Source: a virus (Duplodnaviria > Caudoviricetes). Taken from it: a stretch of 35,761 nucleotides of DNA. The stretch is taken from IMG/VR virus record IMGVR_UViG_3300020042_010683, positions 1 through 35,761 of that record. One strand, written 5' to 3'. The position numbers were made by a program, and so were the translations under genes. Shown here one piece after another: positions 1 to 8,840 of the stretch. The notes below the pieces were generated by a model that worked only from the letters and a program-made list of their open reading frames with translations, was not told the origin of the DNA and made no database searches. The number at the start of each line of letters is the position of its first letter. The stretch's first letter is position 1.

Positions 1-172
1 GCTGGTGTTGTAGCTGCAGGTGTTGTAGCTGCTGGTGTTGTAGCTGCTGGTGTTGTAGCTGCTGGTGTTGTAGCTGCTGGTGTTGTAGCTGCTGGTGTTG
101 TAGCTGCTGGTGTTGTAGCTGCTGGTGTTGTAGCTGCTGGTGTTGTAGCTGCTGGTGTTGTAGCTGCAGGTG
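1..172 (-). repeat. 15-bp coding tandem repeat encoding (PAATT)n, 11 full copies plus a partial, truncated by window start
   Basis: Unit GC(T/A)GGTGTTGTAGCT repeats from 1 to 165, with a partial to 172. In the frame of the 2870 minus-strand ORF it reads Pro-Ala-Ala-Thr-Thr. Confidence 0.97.
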
Positions 173-2870
173 CTTTGCGGGCAGGCGCTGGTCGAGAACG
201 GGCCTGTTGTGTAAGGATTCGACCGACTGCTTGAGCAGTGATCGGGCTACCAGAGTCATTCAAGCGTTTTGTTACATCTGTAATAAACTGCCGCTGCAGA
301 CTAACTCCTTCTTGCAGGACAGTTGCTTGGTTCTTGAACGGGTTGACTTTATTCCAAGCAGTGCGTGTGAGTGTTACGCCACCACCTAAGGTAGCCCCCA
401 TCGCTGCTGCATACATAGTCTGTTTGAGTCGTTCCAAGAAAGGAGTATTCTCATCAGTAGCAGCATCTTCAACGAAACTGTTCAGAAGCTGATCGAGCCC
501 TTCTTCTTGTGCTTCGTCAACAGCGTCTTTGATGAATCCAGTCTTCGAGGATTTTTCTAGCTTTTTGATAGAGACGGACAGCTGTTTAGTGACTGCCTCT
601 TTAAACTTAGCATCGCTAAGATTTTTGACATTGGCTAGTGACCCTAAAAGATTCTTTGCTTGTTTGAACGTGAGTCCACGTAGCATTGCATCTTCTACAC
701 CTGCTTTGCCAAATGCGCCGAAGGCAGATGTAATAATACCAGTAACCATGCCGCTAGTCAAAGCAGCACCTAAAGCACGGTCATGAATCTCTTCATCAGT
801 AAGCTTGAGCTCTTGTTGTTTCTTCTTGAGGGCGAGTGATACGCTTCCATATGTTCCAGCACCAGAACGTGTAGCTGCGGGAATGAACGAAGCTGCTGAT
901 GTCCCAATGCGTTGTGCTGTAAGACTGTTGAAAGCCTTGATAGCAGCAAGAGCTCCTTCTCCAGTAACTGTCTTAGCGGACTCTCTGATAAGACCAGCGG
1001 CGATAATTCGTTTAGAGGCAGCCTCCGCTGTCTCACCTGCAGCAACTCTGAAAGCTCCTTTGGCTATACCCTGCACCATACCCTTCATGGTAAGGCGAGC
1101 TCCCTGTTTTGCTGCTAAATATGCAGCACCCCCGATACCTGCAGCAGGTGCTGTAAAAGTGGCTAAAAGAGCAGTAGCGCCCATATCGACCACCATAGGC
1201 ACGAGCGCTTCAGCCAAGTCTTGCCCGAAGCCCATTTTCTGACCAAACATTTCGGAAACCTCGCGGCGATCCGCATTGTCTTGTGCCAGTTGGGTTAGTG
1301 TATCTGCAGACCAATCATTACCCATGGCGGTCAGAACTCCCAATACAGGAAGGGCAACGCCAGATACAAAAGACATGCCGATTCCCTTAGATCTTTCTAC
1401 AAAGTTGCTGTAGTTATCGTCATCCTTTAGGAAGTCGCCTAGGATTTCATGGTTCGCTTTGCCTTGTTGACGACCCTCGATTACTGCGAGGTTCCATTTA
1501 TCTTCGCTTCCCGTGCGACGAAAGATTTTATCGGCGACAGTAAAATTGTCTGTGAGGGTCGTTAACCGATCCGCTTGGAGTTTTTTACGGTCAGTAGCAC
1601 TAAGGTCTGAGCGGGCCTCGATGGTTTTGTTGAACAGATTTTCGTTCATCAACGCTGCAGGCTGCATAATGGTCGTGCCTAAAGCAGTCTTGCGAATATT
1701 TTTTCCGTATTCACCTTCTTCATCATGCAGGATAAACTTCCCTTTTCGCGCTGCATTATCAATGGCGATCTCTTTGATCAGCATGTCTACGTCATCAGGC
1801 TGAATAGAACCTTTGTCAAAAACCCCAGAATCTTCGAGCGATTTGGTAATCGATCCTCTGAAGAATTCTAAGTTCTCTCTAGTCAAGCTATTTAATTCTT
1901 TGCGAGCATTGTAGTCTTCGTCAGCTTTCTTTGCCGCCGATTCAGAAAATAGTCCAATAGTTTTGGCTGCTACCATGCCAATATCTTTTGAGAACTCATC
2001 TCCTCTATAGGACAACTCGTCCCACATATCATACTCCTGCAATGCTGCTCTTGATCCAAGGGCTTCTACGGTCGATTGGATAGACTTATCTTTTTTGGAA
2101 AGTTCCGACAAGACCTCCGCCATTTCGGCAACGCGCTTTATTTTGTAGCGAGGCATAGTCGACCCCTCGGGAATTGACAATTCATCTTGCGCTACATAAG
2201 CATCTGCTAAAGATGCGCCTGCTACACGAGAAGCTTTGAGTGCCTCATTGAGACTCATCGAAGAAGCGAGGTCACTGGTCTTAATCATGCGTTCGCCATT
2301 GTCATCTTCGAAGACGGCAAATGGGATCTTGTTGTTATTGATCGCTTGGATCTTGGCATCGTTGAAGCGATTCAGGATGACATTATTAGCTACCTCTTTG
2401 AGCTCAGCATGTTTGGCCATGGTTTCCTCGGTGATACCGTAGGGGCTACCTTGTTTTACAACCTTATCAATCGAGTTGAATTCGACGAGTGCATCGCGAT
2501 CAGCATCATCATAACCAAGGTTTGCTATGGTGAACTTGAGTTTATCATCAAACTCGGGCTCAACATTTTGTTGAGAGACGAGATAATTAAACTTCTCTAC
2601 GTCCCCGTCTTCCAAAAGATTAGCCGATACTAGTGAGCTGTAAAGTCCTTGTTGGATGTTGTTCTCGACTTCTACGGTGATAGGTGCATTGGCATCCAGA
2701 CGTGTCTGGCGCATGTAGTCTGCATAGCCCATTCGAAGCTGGATAGGATCTTGATCTGCCTTATCTGCCGACCATTCGCTGAATGGGGTGTAGGTAGGTT
2801 CTGCGGAAGTCGGAGAGTTAGTTGCTCCGAGCAAGGACTTTGGTATGGTAGTAGTGGTTGGGTCAGACAT
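1..2870 (-). CDS. Very large putative internal virion (DNA ejection) protein, 3' end beyond window
   Basis: ATG at 2870 (MSDPTTTTIPKSLLG...). I scanned this frame to position 3 and found no stop (956 codons). It has Gly/Ala-rich hydrophobic segments (GIGMSFVSGVALPVLGVLTAMG; AAAMGATLGGG) and follows two smaller helical ORFs, as in podovirus ejection-protein clusters. Function is inferred. Confidence 0.8.
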   Translation of the reverse strand, partial: MSDPTTTTIPKSLLGATNSPTSAEPTYTPFSEWSADKADQDPIQLRMGYADYMRQTRLDANAPITVEVENNIQQGLYSSLVSANLLEDGDVEKFNYLVSQQNVEPEFDDKLKFTIANLGYDDADRDALVEFNSIDKVVKQGSPYGITEETMAKHAELKEVANNVILNRFNDAKIQAINNNKIPFAVFEDDNGERMIKTSDLASSMSLNEALKASRVAGASLADAYVAQDELSIPEGSTMPRYKIKRVAEMAEVLSELSKKDKSIQSTVEALGSRAALQEYDMWDELSYRGDEFSKDIGMVAAKTIGLFSESAAKKADEDYNARKELNSLTRENLEFFRGSITKSLEDSGVFDKGSIQPDDVDMLIKEIAIDNAARKGKFILHDEEGEYGKNIRKTALGTTIMQPAALMNENLFNKTIEARSDLSATDRKKLQADRLTTLTDNFTVADKIFRRTGSEDKWNLAVIEGRQQGKANHEILGDFLKDDDNYSNFVERSKGIGMSFVSGVALPVLGVLTAMGNDWSADTLTQLAQDNADRREVSEMFGQKMGFGQDLAEALVPMVVDMGATALLATFTAPAAGIGGAAYLAAKQGARLTMKGMVQGIAKGAFRVAAGETAEAASKRIIAAGLIRESAKTVTGEGALAAIKAFNSLTAQRIGTSAASFIPAATRSGAGTYGSVSLALKKKQQELKLTDEEIHDRALGAALTSGMVTGIITSAFGAFGKAGVEDAMLRGLTFKQAKNLLGSLANVKNLSDAKFKEAVTKQLSVSIKKLEKSSKTGFIKDAVDEAQEEGLDQLLNSFVEDAATDENTPFLERLKQTMYAAAMGATLGGGVTLTRTAWNKVNPFKNQATVLQEGVSLQRQFITDVTKRLNDSGSPITAQAVGRILTQQARSRPAPARKAPAATTPAATTPAATTPAATTPAATTPAATTPAATTPAATTPAATTPAATTPAATTP

Positions 2871-2904
2871 AGCTGAGGATGTAATGTATTTGGGAAAAGT
2901 CTAT

Positions 2905-3939
2905 TTAAGAGCCGAAGCCCTTTTCTTCTGCTGAGGCAGGTTTGGGGGGCGAAAGCGAATATGACGAAAGTCCAGAGTATACTTTATTTGATACGTCTTG
3001 ATACAGCAATGCGTTGTCGGCAGGCATATTCTCGGGCTTCATCGTCGGATTTAGCACGAGCCACATTTGTTGCAATCGCACACGCTCGGCGTCATTGAGG
3101 GTGAGCTTCGTTCCACGATAGTTCTCTGAGTCTGCCTCCTGTTGAATTTGCTCTGGAGTCCGCTCTAACGTAGTCGAAGGTGCAGTATACTCATCGCCCT
3201 TGGTGCGACCCATAGAGCGAATTGCAGTCTCGAAATTTTGGAACATTCCAAGTTGTGACTTACGGATGTTCTCAGACTGTTGATATTGACCCTGCAATTG
3301 CTTTAACTCTTGCTCAGCTTTTTTCTCCTCTTGACTACGCTGAGCAAGCGTTTGATAAGCCGTGTTAATATCTACAGTGTCGCGGGTTGCAGGATCAGTT
3401 AGCTTATTGACGAGACCAGTATCGCCACTCTGAATAGCCGAGCTGATAACAGACAATCTCTTCTGCTCATTCGTTGCTGCTTTCTGAGCTTTGTCTGCCT
3501 CGATTGATTGTAGTGAAGAAACCTGTTTGTTAGCCCCACTAAGCAAAGTAGCTACGCTTGGATTGTATGTAGCGAGATTGGAATACTTCATGTTGAGCTT
3601 ACCAACTTCAACTGCTTTAGTGTTCGAGTCGAGCGATGGGTTGCCGAGAACAGACTCCAGCTCGGTCATTAACTCAGGTAGTCGGGTGTTGGTCTCAGAC
3701 CGCATCTGTGCCGTTCTCTTGGCTTCTTCAAGCTGGAGTTTCTGCATCTCGAAGGCATCCTCAGATTCTACCATCTTGAGCATGTCTCTCTGTAGCTCAC
3801 GCTGCTTTGTTTCGAGTGGTTCGATTTCGCGAGCGTATCTAGTGTCTAGCTGTTGACGCTGTAAACGCGACATTCCGCTCGCGGGGAAAAACGTCGAGCG
3901 GAGTGGTGCAATGTCAGATGCATATGAAAATTCAGCCAT
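2905..3939 (-). CDS. Putative internal virion protein (344 aa, Gln/Glu/Ala-rich, predicted helical)
   Basis: Long ORF with coiled-coil-like composition, lying between the 208-aa ORF and the giant ORF. Confidence 0.6.
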   Translation of the reverse strand: MAEFSYASDIAPLRSTFFPASGMSRLQRQQLDTRYAREIEPLETKQRELQRDMLKMVESEDAFEMQKLQLEEAKRTAQMRSETNTRLPELMTELESVLGNPSLDSNTKAVEVGKLNMKYSNLATYNPSVATLLSGANKQVSSLQSIEADKAQKAATNEQKRLSVISSAIQSGDTGLVNKLTDPATRDTVDINTAYQTLAQRSQEEKKAEQELKQLQGQYQQSENIRKSQLGMFQNFETAIRSMGRTKGDEYTAPSTTLERTPEQIQQEADSENYRGTKLTLNDAERVRLQQMWLVLNPTMKPENMPADNALLYQDVSNKVYSGLSSYSLSPPKPASAEEKGFGS

Positions 3940-3958
3940 AATTTTAAGTAGAAATCAG

Positions 3959-4585
3959 TTAGATTGGAAGGGTATTAGCCGAACCCATTTCCTTTTGCGT
4001 ACGCATACGCATATACTGGTCGAAGATATCTTCGGTCTTTTTCTTGTCGTATTCCTTGGCGTCTCGTTCCATGTCCATAAAAGCCATGCGATTACGCTGC
4101 TCTTGAGTTGTAAGGTTTGGAGTGCCGAGGCGCTCCAATTCGGCCATACTTGCCATCTGTGCTGCTTGGGCAGCAAAGCCTTTGCGGCGGAGTCGACGGG
4201 AAGCGCGGTTCATTTTTGTCCACTCTGGTGCAATAGGCTGTGGGGTTTTCCGCAGTGAGCTACCAGATCCCAAAACATAATTGGGGTTTTGCATTTCACC
4301 CTGTGCACCAAGAAGATCTCCAGCTTCTCTACGTAGCAGGACTTCGCGACCTTTCATTTGTTCGCGAAATGGTTGGTCTTGGTCAACATTAGGTTTAGCC
4401 CCTGCTGAGTTAATATTAGTTTCAAGGACAGCAAGTTCTTTGCGTGCTCGATCTGCTTCTTCCAGTAATCGCTTCTTCTCTTCGGCGTCGACAGTTATAG
4501 GGCCATAAGGTAGATCTTTTTTCTTGCCCATTGTAGGCATCATGGTGGCAAGAAAGTTAGCAGAGAATGAAGATGGATTTGCCAT
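3959..4585 (-). CDS. Putative small internal virion protein (208 aa)
   Basis: ORF track; charged helical composition; first of three co-oriented ORFs of increasing size. Confidence 0.55.
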   Translation of the reverse strand: MANPSSFSANFLATMMPTMGKKKDLPYGPITVDAEEKKRLLEEADRARKELAVLETNINSAGAKPNVDQDQPFREQMKGREVLLRREAGDLLGAQGEMQNPNYVLGSGSSLRKTPQPIAPEWTKMNRASRRLRRKGFAAQAAQMASMAELERLGTPNLTTQEQRNRMAFMDMERDAKEYDKKKTEDIFDQYMRMRTQKEMGSANTLPI

Positions 4586-4614
4586 AATAGTCGATATTAA
4601 TAAGAGGTGGGTTA

Positions 4615-4643
4615 CCCTTACGTCATTTTGTGCTAATTGTCAA
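4615..4643 (-). promoter_or_regulatory. Possible sigma70-like promoter for the internal virion genes
   Basis: TTGACA at 4643-4638, 17-nt spacer, imperfect -10 TAAGGG. Confidence 0.35.
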
Positions 4644-4663
4644 CACTCAACTGAACCATGTTT

Positions 4664-4701
4664 CCTGTTTCCTGCATCCCGAAGGCGATACGGGAAACAG
4701 G
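4664..4701 (-). other. Stable RNA hairpin with cUUCGg tetraloop downstream of terL
   Basis: Minus strand reads CCTGTTTCC-C-GTAT-CG-CC-TTCG-GG-ATGC-A-GGAAACAGG. No U-tract follows. Confidence 0.65.
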
Positions 4702-4703
4702 GT

Positions 4704-4839
4704 TAGTGGTGCTGTAATAAATTTCCCATACACTATAAAACTTTTCTTTAAGTCTATTGGTGCTGTAATAATTTATTACAGCACCACTACGTTATATAGA
4801 AAGTTTTTTTCCTCCTATAAATTTATTACAGCACCACTA
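4704..4839. repeat. Nested inverted repeats: four copies of TGGTGCTGTAATAA arranged forward-forward-reverse-reverse
   Basis: Outer perfect 21-bp IR TAGTGGTGCTGTAATAAATTT (4704-4724 / 4819-4839). Inner perfect 14-bp IR with a 1-nt centre (4758-4771 / 4773-4786). Confidence 0.95.
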
Positions 4840-6627
4840 GCTGAGGAACGCATTCGGGTTGTAGAGCGCTCTCTGGAGTGACTTGATCGAGATGGGTCGT
4901 TTATAACTCGTTGACTCTGAAGCCTTTGGTGGATCAATTGCCACGAGTCCTAACCGTTGGCGGGCACAATCGAGCGCCAAAAAGGCAGCATCAGCCAAGT
5001 CGGGTGATCGTCCGAAGCGAGATTTGAACTCGCCTTTCGACTCAATTTTAACCTTCAAGCTACTAGATTTGATAAGGTCATAGTTGCGAGCACACATCTC
5101 TTGGGCGAGATCGCTGTTGATTCCCGCGATCTGATGCGTCCTCATGAGCTCCTTTCCGACGAACCAGAGTTCACTGACACGGTTGGTGTAGAGTTCTTCA
5201 CCTGTCAGTGAGGAGTTCATGCTCACCCGTTTGTCGGATGGTTTGCCGCCGAAACTCACCCGCAGGAAATTAGGCGACCACTCTCCAGCCAACACGTCAC
5301 AGAAAGGTGCGCCTGCACCTGTGCTATCTACCGCCACATTATCAGGCGTAATACCCAGCTTCTTACAGTGATCCATAATCTGGCGGACGATCTGGTAAGT
5401 TCGTGGAACAGCTTTGTTGGTAGCATCATCGTTCAAATGGATTGCTCGCTGGAACTCAAGGACGTATTGACCCGCCGTATTATAACCGACTGATGCTACA
5501 TACAGAATAGTTCTGTCTCCACCATTGGTAAAGGCGGGGTCAATCCCAGCGACCAAGGTAGGTTTCTCAGCCCACTCGATGCCAGTCTTGAGAGCGCCAC
5601 TAGCAGACAGCTCTGCTTCGCTGTAGATACCTGTCGCTTCGTCAGAGTCAAAGAAGATAGCACGAACCATTCGCATGTAGCCACGAGATTCCGAACCGAG
5701 AAGCGCTTTGTCTTCATCGATCTTTTGCTTCGTAGGTAGCCAAGGGTATTTGTTTTCACCCAATACAATGTTCGGACTGCGCTCACCATCAAGTCGGATA
5801 TACCTACCACCCCATTTGGTTCGCCACTCGTCATCGACTTGCGTATCGACGGACTCCCACCCCTTTGTTGGTTCTGACCATACGCCAAAGGCATCAAAGC
5901 GACTGTTGGGGTTAGACATCCCGATCATCTGGAATGACGGGTTCTTCGAAAGGTTAGATAGACCTGCATTGAGAATAGCTTCGGACAACTCGGAAAGTTC
6001 ATCACCAATCAAGATCACGCGCTTCTGCTTAATACCGATGAACTTACCGATGGCCTCACGAGTCTTACTCTTCTCGGCCGCAATCAGTGAGAGTCCTGCT
6101 TTTTCGAACAGAATACCGTTCTCGTCTACGTAAGCTGCATTACCAATAGAGTCACGAATTTTGATAGGTGCAATATCTTCTATCACAGATAACAATGAAA
6201 TGACCGAACCCCAAATACGTTTCCGTGCTTCACGCAGGGTGGTAGATGTCATGAGCACGAGGGTATCCCTCGGTCGAGATAACCAGTTGACAATCCCCCA
6301 AGCAGCCATGGTGTGGGACTTACCACTACTGGCGCTACCACCAATGGCAAGATACTTGTGGTCGATAGCTTCGCGAATCATACGCTCTGCCCAAGGATGG
6401 CGCACCATCATCTGCTCTGGTAGGTCTGGTCGATTCCACAGTTCATCACAGATACGCCAGAAGTAATACTCCTTGGCAATTGCTTTAGGGTGGTTAGCAA
6501 ATCCGAACAGCAAAGAGGTGATCAGACTAGTGGGTGGGATCATTAAACCACCCACATCCATCATCTTAGTAACGGGATCAATTTGAGGTTCAAGAATTTG
6601 CTTGCGTTTAGTGGTATCTTCCGACAT
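4837..6627 (-). CDS. terL: Terminase large subunit
   Basis: Walker A GGSASSGKS, Walker B VILIGDE, coupling motif MSNP, nuclease motifs VAGIDPA, AVDSTG and SPDLADA. The start is placed at ATG 6627 (MSEDTT) because the longer ORF overlaps the divergent gene. Confidence 0.93.
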   Translation of the reverse strand: MSEDTTKRKQILEPQIDPVTKMMDVGGLMIPPTSLITSLLFGFANHPKAIAKEYYFWRICDELWNRPDLPEQMMVRHPWAERMIREAIDHKYLAIGGSASSGKSHTMAAWGIVNWLSRPRDTLVLMTSTTLREARKRIWGSVISLLSVIEDIAPIKIRDSIGNAAYVDENGILFEKAGLSLIAAEKSKTREAIGKFIGIKQKRVILIGDELSELSEAILNAGLSNLSKNPSFQMIGMSNPNSRFDAFGVWSEPTKGWESVDTQVDDEWRTKWGGRYIRLDGERSPNIVLGENKYPWLPTKQKIDEDKALLGSESRGYMRMVRAIFFDSDEATGIYSEAELSASGALKTGIEWAEKPTLVAGIDPAFTNGGDRTILYVASVGYNTAGQYVLEFQRAIHLNDDATNKAVPRTYQIVRQIMDHCKKLGITPDNVAVDSTGAGAPFCDVLAGEWSPNFLRVSFGGKPSDKRVSMNSSLTGEELYTNRVSELWFVGKELMRTHQIAGINSDLAQEMCARNYDLIKSSSLKVKIESKGEFKSRFGRSPDLADAAFLALDCARQRLGLVAIDPPKASESTSYKRPISIKSLQRALYNPNAFLS

Positions 6628-6675
6628 AGTGACAGGGACTTCCCGCACCATAATGGCTTTCAAGAAAAAAGTAAA
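6602..6675. promoter_or_regulatory. Overlapping divergent promoter pair between terL and the HTH gene
   Basis: Plus: TTGCGT(6602-6607)-17-CATAGT(6625-6630). Minus: TTTACT(6675-6670)-17-TATGGT(6652-6647). Confidence 0.45.
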
Positions 6676-7312
6676 TAGCGATATTGATAAAGCAGCAGAG
6701 GACGTAAACCGCGAGAGCGCGGTCAAACGTGCCCTAGAGCTTTATCACCAAGGTATGCCCAATGCGTCTATTGCACGGGACATAGGTGTCCATCCCAACA
6801 CACTTAGAACGTGGTTGCGTATTGCTGGAATCAAAGCAAAGCTGCCACCTAATATGGAAAAGGCGCGGAGGGAAAAAGAGGCAGCCGAGTCAAAGGACGA
6901 GTTGCAATCACAGCTTGAGGACAATCTCAACAATGTAACTACCACGGCAATCACCGATGCCAAGCTCAATGCATCACTCGAAGAGGACAGAGTGCTTGCA
7001 AACATTGCCGATGCCCAAGGTAGTGCAGCAGACAAGTATCAGCACTACGTTGCAGCGGCAGGTATTAAGCTCTTGCGGGACAGCATCCGTGGACTCAAGC
7101 CACCCAAGACAATTCGAGAGCTCAGCGAGCTTGATCAGCTGATTCGGCGTAACCTCGGGTTGAATGCAAAGACGGGTGGTGGCACTAGTAAACTATCAAT
7201 TGACATCTCAATTCTCAACAACGGTGCAGCTGATAAAGGCAATGGAACTGTCAAGAGCATGAAGAATCAGATTATTGATGCCGAGATGGCCGATGATGAA
7301 TGTGAAGAATAA
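6653..7312 (+). CDS. HTH DNA-binding protein, probable terminase small subunit
   Basis: N-terminal HTH (ALELYHQGMPNASIARDIGVHPNTLRTWLR), helical middle, and a C-terminal beta-like segment (KLSIDISILN) as in TerS. Adjacent to terL; likely start ATG 6653. Confidence 0.6.
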   Translation: MAFKKKVNSDIDKAAEDVNRESAVKRALELYHQGMPNASIARDIGVHPNTLRTWLRIAGIKAKLPPNMEKARREKEAAESKDELQSQLEDNLNNVTTTAITDAKLNASLEEDRVLANIADAQGSAADKYQHYVAAAGIKLLRDSIRGLKPPKTIRELSELDQLIRRNLGLNAKTGGGTSKLSIDISILNNGAADKGNGTVKSMKNQIIDAEMADDECEE

Positions 7313-7323
7313 TGAATTTATTC

Positions 7324-7351
7324 TTGTCAGTTTATTTTTTACGAGTATATT
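7324..7351 (+). promoter_or_regulatory. Sigma70-like promoter, predicted leaderless
   Basis: TTGTCA(7324-7329)-16-TATATT(7346-7351), 7 nt before ATG 7359. Confidence 0.55.
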
Positions 7352-7358
7352 CCACCAC

Positions 7359-7586
7359 ATGTTTGCCAACCGAGCACCTGTGATATCACCTGAATTCATT
7401 CTTCGGAATGATGACGGACGCGAACCATCCTTCGGCACTTCCAAGGCAGAGGGTCTTTGGTATCGAGTGATACCAGAGAACATGCGCGAGGTTCGATACA
7501 TCCAATGTTTACCAAAAAACATTAAACTGCTCACACCAGCCAGCGGACATGGCGTATTGATTCGAGCAGATTCTCTCCCAATTTAG
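7359..7586 (+). CDS. Hypothetical protein (75 aa)
   Basis: In-frame ATG 7359 within track ORF 7275..7586, directly behind a promoter-like motif. Confidence 0.6.
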   Translation: MFANRAPVISPEFILRNDDGREPSFGTSKAEGLWYRVIPENMREVRYIQCLPKNIKLLTPASGHGVLIRADSLPI

Positions 7587-7649
7587 CCTATTTTAGCCCA
7601 TTTTGAGCATAAATATGCCCAGATGTGCAGCTTTTTTGTTTACCTGATT

Positions 7650-8339
7650 ATGAATACTGAAACACTACTACAACTACACAAAACGACCTGCGCCAAATGT
7701 TACGCAGTCATGGAGAAAAAGAACAACGATTATAGCGGAGGGCTGACTAGCGATGATGCCCTTGCTAATTTCAAGATGTCGAACGCACTAGGGATGTCCC
7801 CAGTCATGGGTCTCTTGCTCCGCATTCAAGACAAGATGATGCGTATCAAAACATTCGCAACTGACGGCTCTTTGAATGTAGCTGACGAATCAGTTTATGA
7901 TGCCTTCGAAGACATCATTAACTATGCGATTCTTGGTAAAGCACTCATGATCGAGAATCGGATTGGGCCAGCAAATAAGCAAACCGAGCCCTCTACAGAT
8001 AGTATAGAGGAGGAGCTTAAGAAGCTTGCCGCACTCGATTGTGCTAATAGCCACCCATCATCTAATAAGCAAAAACCGCGTGATGTGCCTTTAGCGTATA
8101 TCCGCTGGGCTGTTGATCATTTTTCAAAAGGGTTTATTTATTATGGTGAAAGTGAATACTTTATTGAGCAAGCCAATAAATATGCACAGCACCTCTCTGA
8201 AAAAGATATCTCGGATAACATGCAAGTTTGTGAATTTGAATCTGACTGGGGGGAAGTTACATTACTCCTTATTGGTGTCAAAAAAGAGTCCTGCTTGTTT
8301 GACGCGCTAACTAAAGGTGAGTCCCAACCAACAGAATGA
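7650..8339 (+). CDS. DUF1599 / nucleotide-modification-associated domain 1-like protein with C-terminal extension
   Basis: Motifs KKNNDYS, LANF, GLLLRIQDKMMRI and ESVYDAFEDIINYAILG match the DUF1599 pattern. Confidence 0.7.
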   Translation: MNTETLLQLHKTTCAKCYAVMEKKNNDYSGGLTSDDALANFKMSNALGMSPVMGLLLRIQDKMMRIKTFATDGSLNVADESVYDAFEDIINYAILGKALMIENRIGPANKQTEPSTDSIEEELKKLAALDCANSHPSSNKQKPRDVPLAYIRWAVDHFSKGFIYYGESEYFIEQANKYAQHLSEKDISDNMQVCEFESDWGEVTLLLIGVKKESCLFDALTKGESQPTE

Positions 8340-8818
8340 TTGTAGGAATCGACAACGGTCTCGATGGTGGGTTGTGTGCTATCTCGCAGCATGATGGAAG
8401 CATCATCGCGAAAGCACCAATGCCTACCCTTGTTTACAAAAAGAAACGAGAAGTAGACCCGAAGCGAATCCACACATGGATCATGGATCTCAATACCCCA
8501 TGCGTGATCGCGATTGAAGAACCACTCAATCACGCTCGCTCATCACAGGCAATGAGATCCATGGCCATAAGCTTTGGAAAAATTATAGGGATGTCCGAAT
8601 GCAAAAATATCCCGATCAAGAGAATTGAGGTGCGCGACTGGCAGAAAGCGATGCTCGGTAAAGTTCCAAAGGGCTATACCAAAATAGCCGCGCTTTTAAC
8701 TGCAGATAAATTATCTCCCAAACAAGACTGGCTGGCGACTCCGCGATGCTCGACACCCCACGATGGGATGATCGATGCATTTCTCATTGCGAGATTTTAT
8801 TTGACGAAATGTAAATGA
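8336..8818 (+). CDS. RuvC-like Holliday junction resolvase
   Basis: MIVGIDNG, IAIEE, WQKAM and DGMIDAFLIA form the RNase H-fold acidic motifs. ATGA overlap with the upstream gene. Confidence 0.85.
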   Translation: MIVGIDNGLDGGLCAISQHDGSIIAKAPMPTLVYKKKREVDPKRIHTWIMDLNTPCVIAIEEPLNHARSSQAMRSMAISFGKIIGMSECKNIPIKRIEVRDWQKAMLGKVPKGYTKIAALLTADKLSPKQDWLATPRCSTPHDGMIDAFLIARFYLTKCK

Positions 8819-8840
8819 TGCATTATGAAGCTGCCCCTAC

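Noticed and set aside
207-2876. Numerous plus-strand ORFs in the track
   Set aside because: They are antisense shadows of the stop-free minus-strand giant ORF and show no recognisable motifs.
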